A DNA stretch of 64,000 nucleotides from a virus, in IMG/VR virus record IMGVR_UViG_3300042691_015660; one strand, given 5' to 3'. Numbering within the stretch: position 1 is the first letter of the stretch; every line of letters begins with the position of its first letter. Under the pieces are notes generated by a model. It saw nothing but the letters and a program-made list of their open reading frames with translations. It did no database searches and was not told the DNA's origin. Below, piece after piece: positions 49,030-57,355 of the stretch. Made by a program: the position numbers and the translations under genes.

Positions 49030-50537
49030 ACAATTTACACATAATAGTACAAGCAGGCGGCCGGGGAAGTAGACTACGACATCATACATGGAACAAACCC
49101 AAATGTCTCGTTAGTGTAAGAGGAAAACCCTTATTATATTATTTGTTTGAAAAATTTCCTCAGGCACATTTTCATATTATTGGAGATTATCTGTTTGATC
49201 AATTAGAGAAGTATCTTCAAACAAATGATCCGGGCGTGGAATATACACTTATACATTCTACTGATAAAGGTACTTGCTCAGGCATTGCCCGGGCGTTATC
49301 AACTATACCTAAAGATAGCGAACTTATTTTAACATGGAGCGATTTAATTATTGGATCCTTGCCGCAATGGCCTGATACGGCATTACCTGTTATTTGTACT
49401 ACTAGAGCATTCACATGTCGCTGGACTTATCAAAATAATATATTAATTGAAGAACCTGGATCAGAAGGTATAGCAGGAATTTTTTATTTTAAACGTGCCG
49501 AATATTTTCCTGAACCTCCAATTCAAGGCGAGTTTGTTAAATGGGTAAGTAAAAATATTTTAAAATTTGAAATATTAGAATGTAATGACTTAGAAGAGCT
49601 AGGCGATTTTACTACTATTGAAACACAAAATGATAGATCCGGTTTCAGTAGATTTTTTAATGAAGTAAAAATTTTAGAAACAACTGTTGAAAAACGTGCC
49701 ATAGATCCTAATTATTCTCATTTAATAGATAAAGAACAGGATTGGTATAAAAGTGTTAAAGACTTGGGATTCAGAAGAATTCCTAAAATACATTCAAGTG
49801 TACCGTACATAATGGAAAGAATAGTAGGACATCATGCCTATCAAATGGAAGATCTTACAGATAGAGAACGTAGAGCATTGCTAGCAGACTATCTCGATGC
49901 TCTTACACACTTACATGATTTAGGTACAGAAGATGCTGATTTAATAGATGTAAAAGAAACATATATTAATAAGACTGTAAATAGAGTAAACAGTGTGAGT
50001 AAGTTGATTCCTAATTTTGATCAGCCTGCATTAACAGTAAATGGGACAAAATGTAAAAACATTTTTCATGAAAAAAATCAATATTTACTACAAGAAATTT
50101 ACAAAATTCTTGAACCTAAATATTTCACTCCAATACACGGTGATCCTACCTTTAGTAACAGTATTATTGATAGGAATTTACGTGTTTGGTTTATCGATCC
50201 TCGCGGATATTTTGCTAAACCTGGTATTTGGGGAGACCCAATATACGATTTCGCTAAAGTTTATTATTCTGCAATTGGCGGATACGATGCGTTCAATCGC
50301 AGAAAGTTTAAATTAGTAATCGATTCTGAAACAGCCGAAATCTTAATGGAAGAATCAAAGTTCACTAAAGCAGGCCAAGAAATTTTTAAAGATTACTTTG
50401 GCAACGATCTAAAGAAAATAGAAATATTACACGGACTAATATGGTTAGCTCTAAGCGGATATGCTAAAGACGATATCGATAGTGTCATTGGTAGTTTTTA
50501 CTTAGGTTTATACTATTTAGAAAGAGGCATGAAGTGA
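49026..50537 (+). CDS. Sugar/choline-phosphate nucleotidyltransferase fused to an APH/choline-kinase-like phosphotransferase
   Basis: QAGGRGSRL...KPKCL N-terminus; HGDPTFSN and FIDPRG kinase motifs. Confidence 0.85.
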   Translation: MNNLHIIVQAGGRGSRLRHHTWNKPKCLVSVRGKPLLYYLFEKFPQAHFHIIGDYLFDQLEKYLQTNDPGVEYTLIHSTDKGTCSGIARALSTIPKDSELILTWSDLIIGSLPQWPDTALPVICTTRAFTCRWTYQNNILIEEPGSEGIAGIFYFKRAEYFPEPPIQGEFVKWVSKNILKFEILECNDLEELGDFTTIETQNDRSGFSRFFNEVKILETTVEKRAIDPNYSHLIDKEQDWYKSVKDLGFRRIPKIHSSVPYIMERIVGHHAYQMEDLTDRERRALLADYLDALTHLHDLGTEDADLIDVKETYINKTVNRVNSVSKLIPNFDQPALTVNGTKCKNIFHEKNQYLLQEIYKILEPKYFTPIHGDPTFSNSIIDRNLRVWFIDPRGYFAKPGIWGDPIYDFAKVYYSAIGGYDAFNRRKFKLVIDSETAEILMEESKFTKAGQEIFKDYFGNDLKKIEILHGLIWLALSGYAKDDIDSVIGSFYLGLYYLERGMK

Positions 50538-50890
50538 TACCTTTTAACTTATCAGAACTTGCTCATACTTGGTTTATTGATTTAGATGGTACTGTTATCC
50601 GACATAATAGTCATCTAACTGAGCAAGATGAATTACTACCTGGTGTTAAAGAATTTTGGAATAAAATTCCACTAGAAGATTGTATAGTAATAACTACTGG
50701 AAGATCAAATGAATATAAGAGTAGTACGTTGGCATTTTTAAATTTACACAATTTGCGTTATGATCATGCCTTATTTGAACTACCTTTAGGAGAAAGGATA
50801 GTTGTTAATGACATTAAACCTTTAGGATTAAAAACAGCTATAGCATGGAATGTAGAAAGAGATAAAGGATTTAATAATGATAGTAACTGA
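50534..50890 (+). CDS. HAD-superfamily phosphatase, capless
   Basis: FIDLDGT, TTGR, VND. Confidence 0.85.
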   Translation: MIPFNLSELAHTWFIDLDGTVIRHNSHLTEQDELLPGVKEFWNKIPLEDCIVITTGRSNEYKSSTLAFLNLHNLRYDHALFELPLGERIVVNDIKPLGLKTAIAWNVERDKGFNNDSN

Positions 50891-51416
50891 CGAATATGCT
50901 AAACAACTACAACAAATGCATCAAAAACACAGTATCGGATTTGGTGTAGAACCTCCTTCGAAATTAGTAGAGGTTATTAATCAGAACAGTATACAAAGTA
51001 TACTAGACTACGGTTGCGGTGAAGGAAATATGATGAATAAAATTCAAGAATTATTTCCGAATATAAAAATATACGGATATGATCCGGGAGTAAAAAGATT
51101 TAGTTCAATTCCGGAAAAAACTGATCTAGTATATAGTGCCGATGTTCTTGAACACTTTGAGCCTGAATTTATTGATGAAGGATTAAGAAAAATATTCGCC
51201 ATAGCTCCAATCCATTATCATAATATTGCCTGTCATCCTGCTAAAAAAACTTTGCCCGACGGAAGAAACTGCCATCTTATCGTAGAACAACCTAACTGGT
51301 GGTTAGAAAAGATCAAATCTGTCCTTGACCCTAGTTACAAAATTGTATACACTAATGTTTATCACACTTATCGTAAAAAACGACAAGGAACACATTTAGA
51401 AATAGTTATAAAATAA
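50877..51416 (+). CDS. Class I SAM methyltransferase
   Basis: LDYGCGEG, GYDP, DVLEH, H......WW. Confidence 0.88.
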   Translation: MIVTDEYAKQLQQMHQKHSIGFGVEPPSKLVEVINQNSIQSILDYGCGEGNMMNKIQELFPNIKIYGYDPGVKRFSSIPEKTDLVYSADVLEHFEPEFIDEGLRKIFAIAPIHYHNIACHPAKKTLPDGRNCHLIVEQPNWWLEKIKSVLDPSYKIVYTNVYHTYRKKRQGTHLEIVIK

Positions 51417-51700
51417 TGGGATCACTTAAACCAGGAGTAACTTATATCTATGAGAGTAATGGCGACGAAGTATATGCTCGTGAATTCGGAAAAACAGAAC
51501 GTAAATTGATTGGTTACAAGTATCAAATGGAAAATAAACCAGACCCTCGTACTAGCGACGGTAGACCATTACACGATCACTTAATGGAGGATAAACTATG
51601 GGGCGAAATTCGCCGAGCAGCGAAAACCAATAAGTCTTTACAAAAGGCTCTGGATCGTGTTAAAATACTGTATAGACTTAGTAAGGACGATCCTTTGTGA
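51416..51700 (+). CDS. Hypothetical protein
   Basis: 94-aa translationally coupled ORF. Confidence 0.65.
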   Translation: MGSLKPGVTYIYESNGDEVYAREFGKTERKLIGYKYQMENKPDPRTSDGRPLHDHLMEDKLWGEIRRAAKTNKSLQKALDRVKILYRLSKDDPL

Positions 51701-52209
51701 CAGATCAATATTATAAAAAATTTAAAATTCAATCAACATCTATAGCAACCATTGCCCCATCATTAGTTACTGCTAATTTATGGGCAAAGCAGTACGGGTT
51801 AGATATCATGGTCGTGTCAGATGAAATATGGTATAATGAACCGTTACTAAGAATTATTAATCAAAAATTCCCAATAGAGATAGGATTTATTATTAGAATA
51901 CCTCCGAATACAATTTACAATTGGCATATTGATGGCACTAGAGCAGCCGGTATTAATTTAAAATTATCGGGCGATAGTGTCAGTCATACTATGTTTGGAG
52001 AAAAAGTAGACGACTGGAATGACAAGTTTACAGAATTAGATTATGAATTTAAAAACTTTTATCTGTTTAATACACAAACTAAACATAGTGTAATCAATTT
52101 TAGCAGCTATAGATATCTTTTTACTGTACAATTTTCTCAGACAAAAGATGAAATTTCATACCAAGAAATTTACAATTGGTGTAACAGTGAAGGATTATTC
52201 GATGAGTGA
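51697..52209 (+). CDS. Putative Fe(II)/2OG-type (AspH-like cupin) oxygenase
   Basis: WHID (HxD) ... FNT...HSV.N facial-triad pattern; GTG start overlaps upstream stop. Confidence 0.55.
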   Translation: MTDQYYKKFKIQSTSIATIAPSLVTANLWAKQYGLDIMVVSDEIWYNEPLLRIINQKFPIEIGFIIRIPPNTIYNWHIDGTRAAGINLKLSGDSVSHTMFGEKVDDWNDKFTELDYEFKNFYLFNTQTKHSVINFSSYRYLFTVQFSQTKDEISYQEIYNWCNSEGLFDE

Positions 52210-52678
52210 TAAAATTGAATTGAAAGAAAAATTAGCTGCTGTAGATATGAATGTTAAAGGTCTTTGGGATGAATTAACAGATAATCAACAAAAAAGTCTT
52301 AAAAATGAATTCTTTCTGTTGAACAGATATGTCAGTAATGTAAAAACATCAAACTCGGAATTACAAGAACATTTTTTACTTACTGTTAACGAATACTTCA
52401 ATAAAAACTGGGCAGACTTACAAAAACATCCTAAATTGCTTTGGCAATTGTTATGTCTTTGTAGCCACGAAAGTAAAAAATTATTTTATCATGAATGGAT
52501 AGGTTTCAAACAAAAGAAGTCGTCCAACAAAGTGATTAAATTCTTATCCGAAATTTATCCTAATAGAAAAATGGATGAATTGGAATTATTGTCAGTTATA
52601 ACTACAGAAAAAGAATGTAAAGAGTTAGCTAAATTACACGGTTACGACGATAAACAAATCGAAAAATTGTTTAAATGA
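52202..52678 (+). CDS. Clamp-loader small subunit-like (T4 gp62-like)
   Basis: FLLNRYVS, N.Y.N, HP.L.W.L, WI..K pattern; start reassigned to ATG 52202. Confidence 0.45.
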   Translation: MSDKIELKEKLAAVDMNVKGLWDELTDNQQKSLKNEFFLLNRYVSNVKTSNSELQEHFLLTVNEYFNKNWADLQKHPKLLWQLLCLCSHESKKLFYHEWIGFKQKKSSNKVIKFLSEIYPNRKMDELELLSVITTEKECKELAKLHGYDDKQIEKLFK

Positions 52679-53367
52679 TTTTGGAAAGAACTAATATCTA
52701 TATTTGCGAATATTGTAAATCAAAGTTTACCAGAGAAAAAACTTTGATGATTCATATGTGCGAACAAAAACGTAGATATATTATGAAAGAAGAAAAGCAT
52801 GTACTAATTGGTTATCATGCTTTTAATAACTTTTTTCAATTTGTACAAAAAAGTAATACAGTTAAGACATATGATGAATTCGCTCGTAGTCCTTATTATA
52901 ATGCGTTTGTAAAGTTTGGCAGTTTTGTAAACAACACCAATCCTTTATATCCAGATAATTTTATAGATTGGACTGTTAAAAGCGGAGTAAAATTAGATCA
53001 CTGGTGTAGGGATGAACTTTATGAAAAGTATGTGTTAGAACTCATTCATACAGAAAGTGTAGAAACAGCATTAGAACGCAGTATTAAAAATATGACAGAT
53101 TGGGCTATAAAAAATAATAGCTCGTGGGATCATTATTTTAGATACGTCAGTACAAACAGAGCGGTTTATGATATAAAAGACGGTAAAGTAAGTCCTTGGT
53201 TAGTGTTAAATTGTGACAGTGGTAAAAAACTGTTATCTGAGCTGCTTGACGAACAGCTGAATTCTATAAGTAATATTATAGACCCTCAGGTCTGGAAGAA
53301 AAAGTTTAAACAACAAAAAACAGATTTAGAGTTTGTTAAACAAGTGGTCAAGGAGTCCACATTATGA
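52675..53367 (+). CDS. Hypothetical protein with N-terminal C2HC zinc finger
   Basis: CEYCKSKF.RE.TL..HMC. Confidence 0.65.
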   Translation: MILERTNIYICEYCKSKFTREKTLMIHMCEQKRRYIMKEEKHVLIGYHAFNNFFQFVQKSNTVKTYDEFARSPYYNAFVKFGSFVNNTNPLYPDNFIDWTVKSGVKLDHWCRDELYEKYVLELIHTESVETALERSIKNMTDWAIKNNSSWDHYFRYVSTNRAVYDIKDGKVSPWLVLNCDSGKKLLSELLDEQLNSISNIIDPQVWKKKFKQQKTDLEFVKQVVKESTL

Positions 53368-53546
53368 GCGAAAATATCATCGGAGCATCAGCAGAATTAA
53401 GTATGCAGATTATTGTAAGTGAGAAAGATTCTTCAGTATATGTTAAATTAGAAGGATTCGAAGATTTAGATGACGCAGAACAGTATGCAGAATATTTAAA
53501 CAAAAATTTACCGTTATTATTATTTGAAACTACAATCATACAATAA
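53364..53546 (+). CDS. Small hypothetical protein
   Basis: AAGGAG SD; ATGA and TAATG couplings on both sides. Confidence 0.65.
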   Translation: MSENIIGASAELSMQIIVSEKDSSVYVKLEGFEDLDDAEQYAEYLNKNLPLLLFETTIIQ

Positions 53547-54127
53547 TGCCAGATATCGATATAGATTTTTCCGACAGAGACAAAGTACTCGAACATTTTA
53601 AACATGTTGCTGCTTCAATCAAAGAAGCAGATGGCACTTTAAAAAAACACAACACTGGTATCTATTGTACTAATATTCCACATAACCCAGCAACAGGATT
53701 AAGCAATATTGATTATAAAGAAGCAGAAGAACGAGGGTACTTTAAAATTGATTTTTTAAATGTTAACATTTATAAAGATATAAAAAATGAAGAACATTTA
53801 ATAAGATTAATGAATACAGAGCCTATTTGGGAATTATTAGAAGAAGATGAATTTACAGACTTACTCTTCCATGTAAATGGTCACGGTAATATATTAAGAG
53901 CTATGAAACCTAAAAGTATAGAAGAACTAGCTGCAGTACTAGCTATGATTCGCCCGGCTAAGAAGAAATTGATTGGAAAAGATTGGAAGAAAGTTATGAA
54001 GTATATTTGGGTCAAACCGGATAATGATGAATACTACTTTAAGAAAAGTCATGCTATCGCTTATGCTACAGCAGTAGTGGTTCAGATGAATCTGATTTGT
54101 GAAAGTATAAGTTACGAATTTGGTTAA
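53546..54127 (+). CDS. dnaE: Miniature family C DNA polymerase (DnaE alpha palm/fingers fragment)
   Basis: PDIDIDF, H.TG, FKIDFL, LAMIRP, YYFKKSHAIAYA. Confidence 0.85.
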   Translation: MPDIDIDFSDRDKVLEHFKHVAASIKEADGTLKKHNTGIYCTNIPHNPATGLSNIDYKEAEERGYFKIDFLNVNIYKDIKNEEHLIRLMNTEPIWELLEEDEFTDLLFHVNGHGNILRAMKPKSIEELAAVLAMIRPAKKKLIGKDWKKVMKYIWVKPDNDEYYFKKSHAIAYATAVVVQMNLICESISYEFG

Positions 54128-54501
54128 CGTTTAGGTGTTCTTACTAGTTGAACACTTTTACGTTTAACACGTTTTAGTGTCAAATTCATCAGATTAACTA
54201 CCGGTCCTAGAATTATGCGAACATCTTTACTATTAAATGTTTTAATTGCGTATCTATAAGGTTCGATTTCTTTTCGACAGAAAATACTGATAGGAACCTG
54301 TCTATTAGATTCCCACCACCAAATTTCGCCTATTTCTAGCAGTCCTGACTTATCTTCCGGAGTTTTAATTACTCCTAGATCAAAAAAGCTGGTAACATGC
54401 TGATCCTGATTGATTATTATCCCAACGTATTCATTTTCGCCATAATGAAGTACTGAAATAAAAGGTAATTGTTCTTGTATGTTTTCTCTTAATTTCGCCA
54501 T
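54124..54501 (-). CDS. Hypothetical protein
   Basis: 125-aa ORF with WWWESNR motif. Confidence 0.65.
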   Translation of the reverse strand: MAKLRENIQEQLPFISVLHYGENEYVGIIINQDQHVTSFFDLGVIKTPEDKSGLLEIGEIWWWESNRQVPISIFCRKEIEPYRYAIKTFNSKDVRIILGPVVNLMNLTLKRVKRKSVQLVRTPKR

Positions 54502-54525
54502 AAATACAGTTGAGATTTAAATCAA

Positions 54526-55341
54526 ATGCAAAAAATTTCATCTTATTTATATTCAAATAGAATTTCAGTGGTTGCTGATTTGGCATCTTACCCTGTGGAG
54601 TGGACATCTGTGTATCAACGAAACATTAAAATATACAAGGGCATGAAAAATACCGTAGAATTCGATATTAGAAATGCCGATCAAAAACGTATCAATATAA
54701 ACAGTTATAACTTGAAGTGTCTTATTATGGACACCTTTAACAAAGAAGTGTTAACAGTAGACGTTGATCCTGTGCCTAATACCGTAGGATTGGCCACAAT
54801 GACAATTTATGCTCAAGACATAGGATATATCAGTCCGCAATTTTTAAAATATACACTGTATATTCTAGGAGAAAATGAACATAAAAGTCCATTATACGGA
54901 GATACACAATTTGGAATCGGCGGCATCATTGAGTTAAAATCTGGAGTAGTTCCTGAACTTCCAGATCCTCAAATTGTAGACAACTTTGTATATCTAATAG
55001 ATGATACTACTCCAGGCAATTATGTTTATACGTATGTTAGCGACTCCGTTGAAGTTAACCCAAGGAATGACATTAACGATCAGCATAGTATTAAATTAGA
55101 ATTTTGGCCTGATACGTTTAATGCTACGGTTACTGTACAAATTACCAACGATGTAGTAGTAAGTGCTGCCACAGAATGGAATGATTTAGAGACGTTCAAT
55201 ATTACGAGTTCTACTGATAGGGTAACAAAAACCTACAATGAAATCACCGACTATAGTAACAATATTGGTTGGCTAAGGATCAAATATATTCCTGACACAG
55301 GAAACACCGGAAAAATTGACAAAGTATTAGTATTCTCGTAA
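54526..55341 (+). CDS. Hypothetical beta-rich protein, possibly virion (BppU-like N-terminus)
   Basis: IYKG..NTVEF.I.N.DQK pattern; TAAATA at 54501. Confidence 0.5.
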   Translation: MQKISSYLYSNRISVVADLASYPVEWTSVYQRNIKIYKGMKNTVEFDIRNADQKRININSYNLKCLIMDTFNKEVLTVDVDPVPNTVGLATMTIYAQDIGYISPQFLKYTLYILGENEHKSPLYGDTQFGIGGIIELKSGVVPELPDPQIVDNFVYLIDDTTPGNYVYTYVSDSVEVNPRNDINDQHSIKLEFWPDTFNATVTVQITNDVVVSAATEWNDLETFNITSSTDRVTKTYNEITDYSNNIGWLRIKYIPDTGNTGKIDKVLVFS

Positions 55342-55344
55342 AAT
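55316..55344 (+). promoter_or_regulatory. Sigma70 promoter TTGACA-N17-TAAAAT
   Basis: Lies in the 3' end of the upstream gene; primase ATG (55351) follows 6 nt after the -10. Confidence 0.7.
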
Positions 55345-55350
55345 GTGTTT

Positions 55351-56310
55351 ATGAGTGTAATCATAGACACAGTACATACCTTTTTGCCTCCGAAACGTAA
55401 ACATACGCCTAGCGGATGGATTAGTTTTGATGCTGTCTGTTGTAACGATGACAGAGGCAGAGGTGGAGCAATATTCAAAGGCGATACTGTAACCTATCAT
55501 TGCTTCAATTGTCAGTTCAAAGCTAGCTGGCAACCAGGTAGATCAATAAGCATAAAGTTTCAAAAATTACTAAGACTGTTAAATGTACCAGACGATCAAA
55601 TAACTAGATGTAGTTTTGAAGCATTACGACTAAAAGAATCTGTAGAAACTACAGAAGTAAAAAGTCTTATACCAATTCTTCACACTAAAGAATTGCCATT
55701 AAATTCTGTATTACTTAAAGAAAATCTAGATGATCCCGCATGTCATCCTGTTCTCGAATACATTTATAGTCGGGGTCTAAATATTAATAGTTATGATTGG
55801 TATTGGACTTCTGAGGAAGGATTTTCTAACAGATTAATTATTCCATTCTATCATCAAAAAAGAATTGTAGGATACACTGCTAGATTAATACGCGACGGTA
55901 AGCCTAAGTATATTAGCGATCAAACTCCGGGTTATGTGTTTAACTTAGATAATCAGCACTGGCATAGAAAATTTGCTGTACTATGCGAAGGTCCTTTGGA
56001 TGCTATTAGTATTGACGGTATGGCTATGCTAGGCAGCGAACTCAGTGCCAAACAACACTTATTAATCAGCAGATTACACAAAGAAATTATAGTCGTTCCA
56101 GATAGAGATCACGAAGGTCCAAAGATTGTTAAACAGGCAATTGAGTATGGGTGGAGTGTAAGTTTTCCTGAATGGGACTCCGATATAAAGGACGTAGCAG
56201 ACGCAGTAAAACGATATGGTAGACTGTTTACATTATACAGTATCTATAAAGCTAAAGAGTCAAACGCACTAAAGATTGAATTGTTATCGAGAAATTGGTT
56301 TAAACAATGA
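55351..56310 (+). CDS. gp61: DNA primase, T4 gp61-like
   Basis: Zn ribbon (CC...YHCFNC), IIPF...GYTAR, KY, EGPLDA and PDRD TOPRIM motifs. Confidence 0.9.
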   Translation: MSVIIDTVHTFLPPKRKHTPSGWISFDAVCCNDDRGRGGAIFKGDTVTYHCFNCQFKASWQPGRSISIKFQKLLRLLNVPDDQITRCSFEALRLKESVETTEVKSLIPILHTKELPLNSVLLKENLDDPACHPVLEYIYSRGLNINSYDWYWTSEEGFSNRLIIPFYHQKRIVGYTARLIRDGKPKYISDQTPGYVFNLDNQHWHRKFAVLCEGPLDAISIDGMAMLGSELSAKQHLLISRLHKEIIVVPDRDHEGPKIVKQAIEYGWSVSFPEWDSDIKDVADAVKRYGRLFTLYSIYKAKESNALKIELLSRNWFKQ

Positions 56311-56399
56311 AAAAATTATACTATCAAATAAAAAATTGGTGGTTACTAAGAAAACGTCTTAAACAACAACGTAAAAAGGATCCATTTATATACAAATGA
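56307..56399 (+). CDS. 30-aa basic micro-protein ending DPFIYK (not in ORF track)
   Basis: MKKLYYQIKNWWLLRKRLKQQRKKDPFIYK; ATGA overlaps at both ends exactly fill the primase-carbamoyltransferase gap. Confidence 0.75.
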   Translation: MKKLYYQIKNWWLLRKRLKQQRKKDPFIYK

Positions 56400-57355
56400 T
56401 CAATTGGGGAATAAATGCACTTAATCACGATGCCAGCATCGCAGTGTTCGACAGCTTAGATTTAATCGATCATAAACTAAGTTCCGAATTTAGTGGCATT
56501 CGTGGCGACTTTTATTTAGATAAAAGATTGATTGAACACTGTAAACAATACGGCGAGCCAGGTATGATTTTTTGGTACGAACGTCCATGGCTTAAAAAAT
56601 CTCGACAGCTATGGGCAGGGCAATATAAATCAGCTTTTGACATAGAAGATGTTCCTAAAAGGTATCTTAAAAAACAAAATCTTACAGCATCTATTATATA
56701 CACTAGTCATCATCACAGTCATGCTGCTGCTGGGTATTATACCAGTCCATTTGAAAATGCTGCTGTGGTTGTATTAGATGCTATAGGAGAGTGGGAAACT
56801 TGTACTATATGGCATGGGAAAGGAGACAACTTAACTAAAGTTTGGAGTAGAAACTATCCAACTAGCATAGGACTTTTTTACAGTGCCTTTACTGACTTAA
56901 TTGGATATACTCCTGTTAAAGAAGAAAATCTTCTTCAAAAACTTAGTATTAAAGGAGACCCTGATATGTATTATCATGATGTGTCAAACTATTTTGATAA
57001 TACATTGAATCTAAAATATAATCTACATAAAGGTGTGACAAATTGGCCTTACAATTTTGAAATGAAAGAACAAGATAAAGCAGATATAGCTGCTGCTGTT
57101 CAACGTGTATTTGAAGAACAAGTAGATAAAATAATGATACTAGCACAGACAATTACAGGCAGTCGTAATCTTGTGTATATGGGAGGTTGTGCGTATAATA
57201 CATTATACAACGATTTTCTAGTTAAAAAATGGAACAAGATTTGGAGTATAAAATACCCCGGAGATGCCGGCAGTGCGATTGGTACTGTACTAGCACATAC
57301 TAAACAAAAAATAACATATGACTATCCAGTCAATCATATAACTATTAAACTATGA
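56396..57355 (+). CDS. Carbamoyltransferase, N-terminal (Kae1-like) domain only
   Basis: HDAS, HH.SHAA.GY..SPF, DAIGE, GGCAYN, PGDAGSAIG; lacks the C-terminal GPRALG/RPFA/NTSFN domain. Confidence 0.85.
   Translation: MINWGINALNHDASIAVFDSLDLIDHKLSSEFSGIRGDFYLDKRLIEHCKQYGEPGMIFWYERPWLKKSRQLWAGQYKSAFDIEDVPKRYLKKQNLTASIIYTSHHHSHAAAGYYTSPFENAAVVVLDAIGEWETCTIWHGKGDNLTKVWSRNYPTSIGLFYSAFTDLIGYTPVKEENLLQKLSIKGDPDMYYHDVSNYFDNTLNLKYNLHKGVTNWPYNFEMKEQDKADIAAAVQRVFEEQVDKIMILAQTITGSRNLVYMGGCAYNTLYNDFLVKKWNKIWSIKYPGDAGSAIGTVLAHTKQKITYDYPVNHITIKL

Noticed and set aside
36280-51416. Bacterial capsule/LPS locus from a host chromosome (prophage flank or chimera)
   Set aside because: Interleaved with uvsW and phage hypotheticals, uses the same TAAATA motif, and lacks export genes
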